A stretch of 64,000 nt of DNA from a bacterium (lineage in GTDB: Bacteria; Patescibacteriota; Patescibacteriia; UBA9934; GWF2-40-263). A program made the translations under genes and the position numbers. The notes beneath the pieces were generated by a model. It had not been told where the DNA came from. It searched no databases and worked only from the letters and a program-made list of their open reading frames with translations. Below are positions 62,301 through 64,000 of this stretch, in pieces (the stretch's first letter is position 1; the number at the start of each line of letters is the position of its first letter). The DNA lies in the NCBI GenBank assembly GCA_021789915.1, contig JAJYIV010000001.1, positions 375 to 64,374 of the forward strand, given 5' to 3'.

Positions 62301-63990
62301 TGCCGTCCGGCTGATTGCCCTGGATGCCGTTGCCGGAGGTGTCCGTCACGCTCTTGGCGATGACGACGCCGATGTTCGCATTGTCGCCGAACGTGTTGGG
62401 GGACGTAAGAGACCACACGGCCATGTTGGCGTTGGACGGCACGCCGTCGATCCGCGTGGACGGCGCGCTGTCGTAGTAGGTCCACGTGCCATGGTCGGTG
62501 ATGGGGAGCAAGGAGCCGGACGAATTGAAGCTCTCGACGGTCAGCGCGTTGGGAGCCGTCACCGTCGCCTGGCTCATCGGCTTGTCGAAGACGACGTAGA
62601 TCTTCGCGTCCGAACTCTCCCCGGGGACATTGGTGCTGCCGTCGGTCGGTCCCGTCATCTGCACGTGCGGCTGCGAGCCGTCGCCGCCGAAGCCGCCGCC
62701 CCCGCCGTTCAACGCGAGGGCAAGGCCGCTGGAGCCGGTCGTGATGCCCTGCAGGTGCGCCGTTCCATTCCCGTTGTAGAAGGCGTCGACGTCATAGGTG
62801 CCGGGAGGCAAACTCGAAAAGCTGAAGGATCCGTCCACGCCGCCGACGGTGGCCGTCGTCGCCGAGAATCCCGTGCCGTCCAGGTAAACGGTCGCTCCGT
62901 TGACGCCGGTACCGTTGTTCGTCACGGTGCCGGAGAGAGTCGCCGAGCCGGACAAGGAGGCGGACGTCAGCTGGAAAGGCGTGTTATCCGGCTGCATGAA
63001 CGTCTTCGTGTTCGTGCCGTCGGAGGCCAACAACTCGTACCGGACGACCGTGCCGGCGGTGCTGATCGCGGATCCCGGGATCGCGTACGAGAAGTACCCG
63101 GCGCCTACGGAAGTCCCGTCGACTCTGGTCGTCGGCGGGCAGCCGCTGCCGGCGCAGTAGAGAAGCCAGGACGTCAGCGCCGGCGTCGATGTCGGCGTGG
63201 CGACGTCGTCGAATACCTGCGCGTATAGGGTGAGCGTGGCGCTGGCCGCCGCCTGGAACACCGGACGGAACTGGAAGCCCGGCGGCTGCGTGTCGGTGAC
63301 GGACGCCGTCGTGGTGAAGCCGGAGGCCGGTGTCGTTTCAAGCGCCGAGGATGACGTCGTCCAGGCGCCTGGGCCGTCGGCATAGGTTTGCACTTCCCAG
63401 TAATACGTCGTGTTCGCCGCCAATGGCATGGGCGGCGTAATCGTGCGGAACTGCCCCGCGCCGTATCCCAGGTTGCAGTTGCCCGGCGGAGCCTGGCAAT
63501 GGCTCGACGGATTCAGCCCGTATGACGGGAAGATGTAATCCCACATCGTCGAACCCGACGTGAAGGACGACGAGTTGCTGACCGTGACGCGATAGCTCGA
63601 TGGCGAAAGCGCGCTGGTCGAGAAATTGAAGCCGGGCGTGGTCTGCACGCCGGTGGCGCCGGAGGACGGCAGCTGCAGGTTCAACCCGCTGCCCGAGCCC
63701 GAGGCGAAAACACTGAAGCCGCCCGGGAGCGTGACGACTTCCGAGCCGGTCGATACTTTCACGGTATACGAACCGGCAGGCGTCGATCCACCGTTATTGA
63801 TGGAGAGGGACAGGACGAGGCTTGTCGAAGTGGTGGCGGAAGTCGGCGTGGCGACGATCGTGGTATCCGGCGTGCCGCCGGAAGCGAAACTGACGGTGCT
63901 GACTGTGCCGGAGGCGCTGAAATGCGTGTTGGATCCCGCGATGGTCACCGTCTGCGGCGACGCGGTCGTCGTGGCGACGCCATTGGGCAT
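56332..63990 (-). CDS. giant cell-surface protein (>2550 aa, 5' end beyond window) with Ig-like/beta-sandwich repeats, PAT linker and two C-terminal peptidoglycan-binding (PG_binding_1-like) domains
   Basis: Thr/Ser/Gly-rich beta-strand repeats throughout. TPATPATPATPAT linker. Two C-terminal copies of ..GDDVTALQQFLVAKGLL..GxFGxxTRxALKALQAGWRLPVTG... Confidence 0.8.
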   Translation of the reverse strand: MPNGVATTTASPQTVTIAGSNTHFSASGTVSTVSFASGGTPDTTIVATPTSATTSTSLVLSLSINNGGSTPAGSYTVKVSTGSEVVTLPGGFSVFASGSGSGLNLQLPSSGATGVQTTPGFNFSTSALSPSSYRVTVSNSSSFTSGSTMWDYIFPSYGLNPSSHCQAPPGNCNLGYGAGQFRTITPPMPLAANTTYYWEVQTYADGPGAWTTSSSALETTPASGFTTTASVTDTQPPGFQFRPVFQAAASATLTLYAQVFDDVATPTSTPALTSWLLYCAGSGCPPTTRVDGTSVGAGYFSYAIPGSAISTAGTVVRYELLASDGTNTKTFMQPDNTPFQLTSASLSGSATLSGTVTNNGTGVNGATVYLDGTGFSATTATVGGVDGSFSFSSLPPGTYDVDAFYNGNGTAHLQGITTGSSGLALALNGGGGGFGGDGSQPHVQMTGPTDGSTNVPGESSDAKIYVVFDKPMSQATVTAPNALTVESFNSSGSLLPITDHGTWTYYDSAPSTRIDGVPSNANMAVWSLTSPNTFGDNANIGVVIAKSVTDTSGNGIQGNQPDGTYAFGFTTGSSVNMFSGTGGGGATFNSDGTFTSGGTTVGTYGQGAYTAPFVTGLTPSSGSLGVPKNTNAVINFSDLMADDAGSYSLKSNVQLFTVASGAETSVTNGVVSATLDASKKNAVVTFSPLSSNTHYRVKILGGALAANGMALANTASNVVYTSDFTTSDTSSTAAPTIVGSYPDNGATGVPVLLPAVNVGFSESMDASTITSSSLYLSIGSSVVNAKVEYHPTEQQAYIFPLSALSPNTTYTLNVGAGVTALNGQAIAAQTRSFTTGDADTSAPAVKFVGADDYNLAVTFSKPMNAAQATDTTNFGASVLKAGNYALTYGADGTGTPISIPTTAVVTYDPMSMTASIAGYNGLSASALDGQKISVTVTGVKDVSGNAIGSSNVGVAPIQASGTTKGVLGPAFGGGMATNQQMAGAFVPQNFSSGTFGFAPPVDVKPFNTLPGQTTIYGVRLPISQQIPDGGTVVLTFPAGFDVSGAKQDVNSPMRKDLDGPAGGTVTFKCTSASAPTGASCGGTSVAEDSAAATQGGAAHDGVTVNVASRTVTVNLSGATALNGSDGHDFLSIDIAGIKNTSVPADVNSSGYTVDIKTMNGSTVLESLTSSPFYIQPTTGSKNLTVSFAAAGAADGDTMNVYLNSPQAGSFSASPAFSSGTASYTFNTLPPGDYFISTDQTVTSGSNSYVGLTFPDHVNINGSDVTKTYTLASMSGGTSVTVAVSGGPDSGDLDVFANASNTQGFRLKEVPLNGSGAGSATLNLTDGRWHLGVGPHMNAGNQFGPAPVMDFLPPKPQELVIDHTASPACTVNGTATACGSLAVSLTSGSSLKTIKGTVKDGTTGTSKVVANADVFAFSPQGGTGTHTTSATDGTFTLNVAAGSFMVGASFAGAPPSQIVPVVVDGSGNDAINGASAVTPAFSAMTLTIAKPSSSISGKVTDGTNVISGATVYAYRTDAPGGASAQTDSTGAYTLYVAAGTWNVGSFLPQYGQLAEQTVTIASGSSGQTGVNFAPSQTGTGTFVTISGSVTNGSAVPGAFVSLVGTNGTFNQAATDSSGNYSFKAPACTTSGTNCYTLTATLPGVGQLPPLAAFDASADQSGKNFAVSGSGAVTVTLTIALTGITKVPSGLVSFVSSGSGAAQQSFLRLKDVTSGNNTFTTSLPAGTYLVQADIPGMTVAASDFSGSGYAAGLLTVASSPISLTLTTPASVESVSGTVDDNAGTPAAVSNAQVAFTASDGVRTDVQTDASGNYAANLADGTYTMAVTKPGYAFAPASVTVDATHKTSAENPTLGVTLPIASDTISGTAVDGSGNPIANATVQASKLGGGFVSAQTDSTGAYTLHVTDGTWKVSGSADGYQSSALSSLVTTSGSAPSATGNTVTLSSTVSATSPASMPFAPASGGVLKDASADASLVINGGAYGSSTSSGSVKSDETSGVLSTGTATVLKSAIGSSTVPSAVDITAKDSDNNSLDAMPSGTGTVEKTFTSSDLSASGINTKTAADALKMSYQDDASGDWTTLPSAVIYKDASGGILDGSSGKTVDANLGNVGSITIAAVTDHLSTYAPTSGDTGSLSAPTLATPTTTGSTQVNLSWGAITGASGYDIYRSTSPTGTFSRVGSEPTVSSGATTTYADTTVVGGTTYYYEITSMNGSAESAASASASVRTPSSGGASGGGGGYVAPATDSCTVSMPAAGASLTEGAAQSIVWTSSGSDIHDVLLSYSADGSAYTLIASAGVANTGSYAWTVPSAATSSARVKIECRDASGVTQATGISGVFSIVAAAAATTPATPATPATPATPATSTTPATPATPATPATPAQPVAKALHAYLKNLAVGSTGDDVTALQQFLVAKGLLKMPKGVAFGRFGALTRDALKALQAGWRLPVTGALDAATRTALNPKAAAAAPAAPPASPVAKAVHAYLKNLAVGSKGDDVTALQQFLVAKHLLTIPKGIAYGYFGGATRAALKALQAGWRLPVTGALDAATRTALNPKS
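56343..56880. repeat. tandem direct duplication (about 273 bp, two copies) encoding the two PG-binding domains
   Basis: GGATTCAAGGCCGTGCGCGTGGCCGCGTCCAGCGCGCCCGTGACGGGCAGCCGCCAGCCGGCCTGCAATGCCTTCA.. occurs at 56343 and 56617. Confidence 0.8.
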
Positions 63991-64000
63991 GACGGATTGG

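Overview
This is a 64 kb segment of a high-GC (roughly two-thirds G+C by eye) bacterial chromosome. It is gene-dense with small intergenic gaps and weak or absent Shine-Dalgarno sequences at many starts. Gene content (DUF5667 protein, four-helix-bundle protein inside the pheST operon, LemA, a type IV pilus/T2SS-type ATPase, a giant peptidoglycan-anchored surface protein, no rplJL-rpoBC after rplKA) points to an uncultured small-genome, CPR/Patescibacteria-like lineage. That lineage call is inference only. Housekeeping content: the gyrB/parE 3' end, secE-nusG-rplK-rplA, a complete dTTP-synthesis island (PRTase, dcd, dCMP-deaminase fusion, DHFR-like, thyA, dut, tmk), gatB, miaA, miaB, msrB, thrS, dnaE, pheT, pheS, an RseP-like protease, hisS and tRNA-His. 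Accessory content: a cluster of small-molecule-modifying enzymes (two GNATs, an AstE/AspA-like hydrolase, HAD hydrolases, an APH-like kinase, a LOG-like protein, a HAL/PAL ammonia-lyase) and a cell-envelope block (two GT4, DUF2304 plus GT2, a UDP-xylose-synthase-like enzyme, an S8 subtilase, and a surface protein of more than 2550 aa with duplicated peptidoglycan-binding domains). The most striking feature is at least five families of short palindromic or inverted-repeat elements. R1 is a 160-270 bp CGTAGAA/TTCTACG-rich element, five copies, abutting start codons and supplying stop codons. R2 is the palindrome TGTCATCCTGAG..GAAGGATC..GATCCTTCG..CTCAGGATGACA, inserted in frame in miaA and miaB. 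R3 is a G/C-run palindrome inserted in frame in thrS, a GT4, the subtilase and miaA. R4 is a GGCTAACGGCTAAAGGC-type hairpin directly upstream of three start codons. R5 is an inverted pair flanking rplK-rplA. Other points: a non-canonical tRNA-His (A73, no encoded G-1), a T-box-like thrS leader, a structured candidate ncRNA between gatB and miaA, low-GC insertions (XRE regulator/DUF948; the four-helix-bundle gene between pheS and pheT), and a HAD-like pseudogene.
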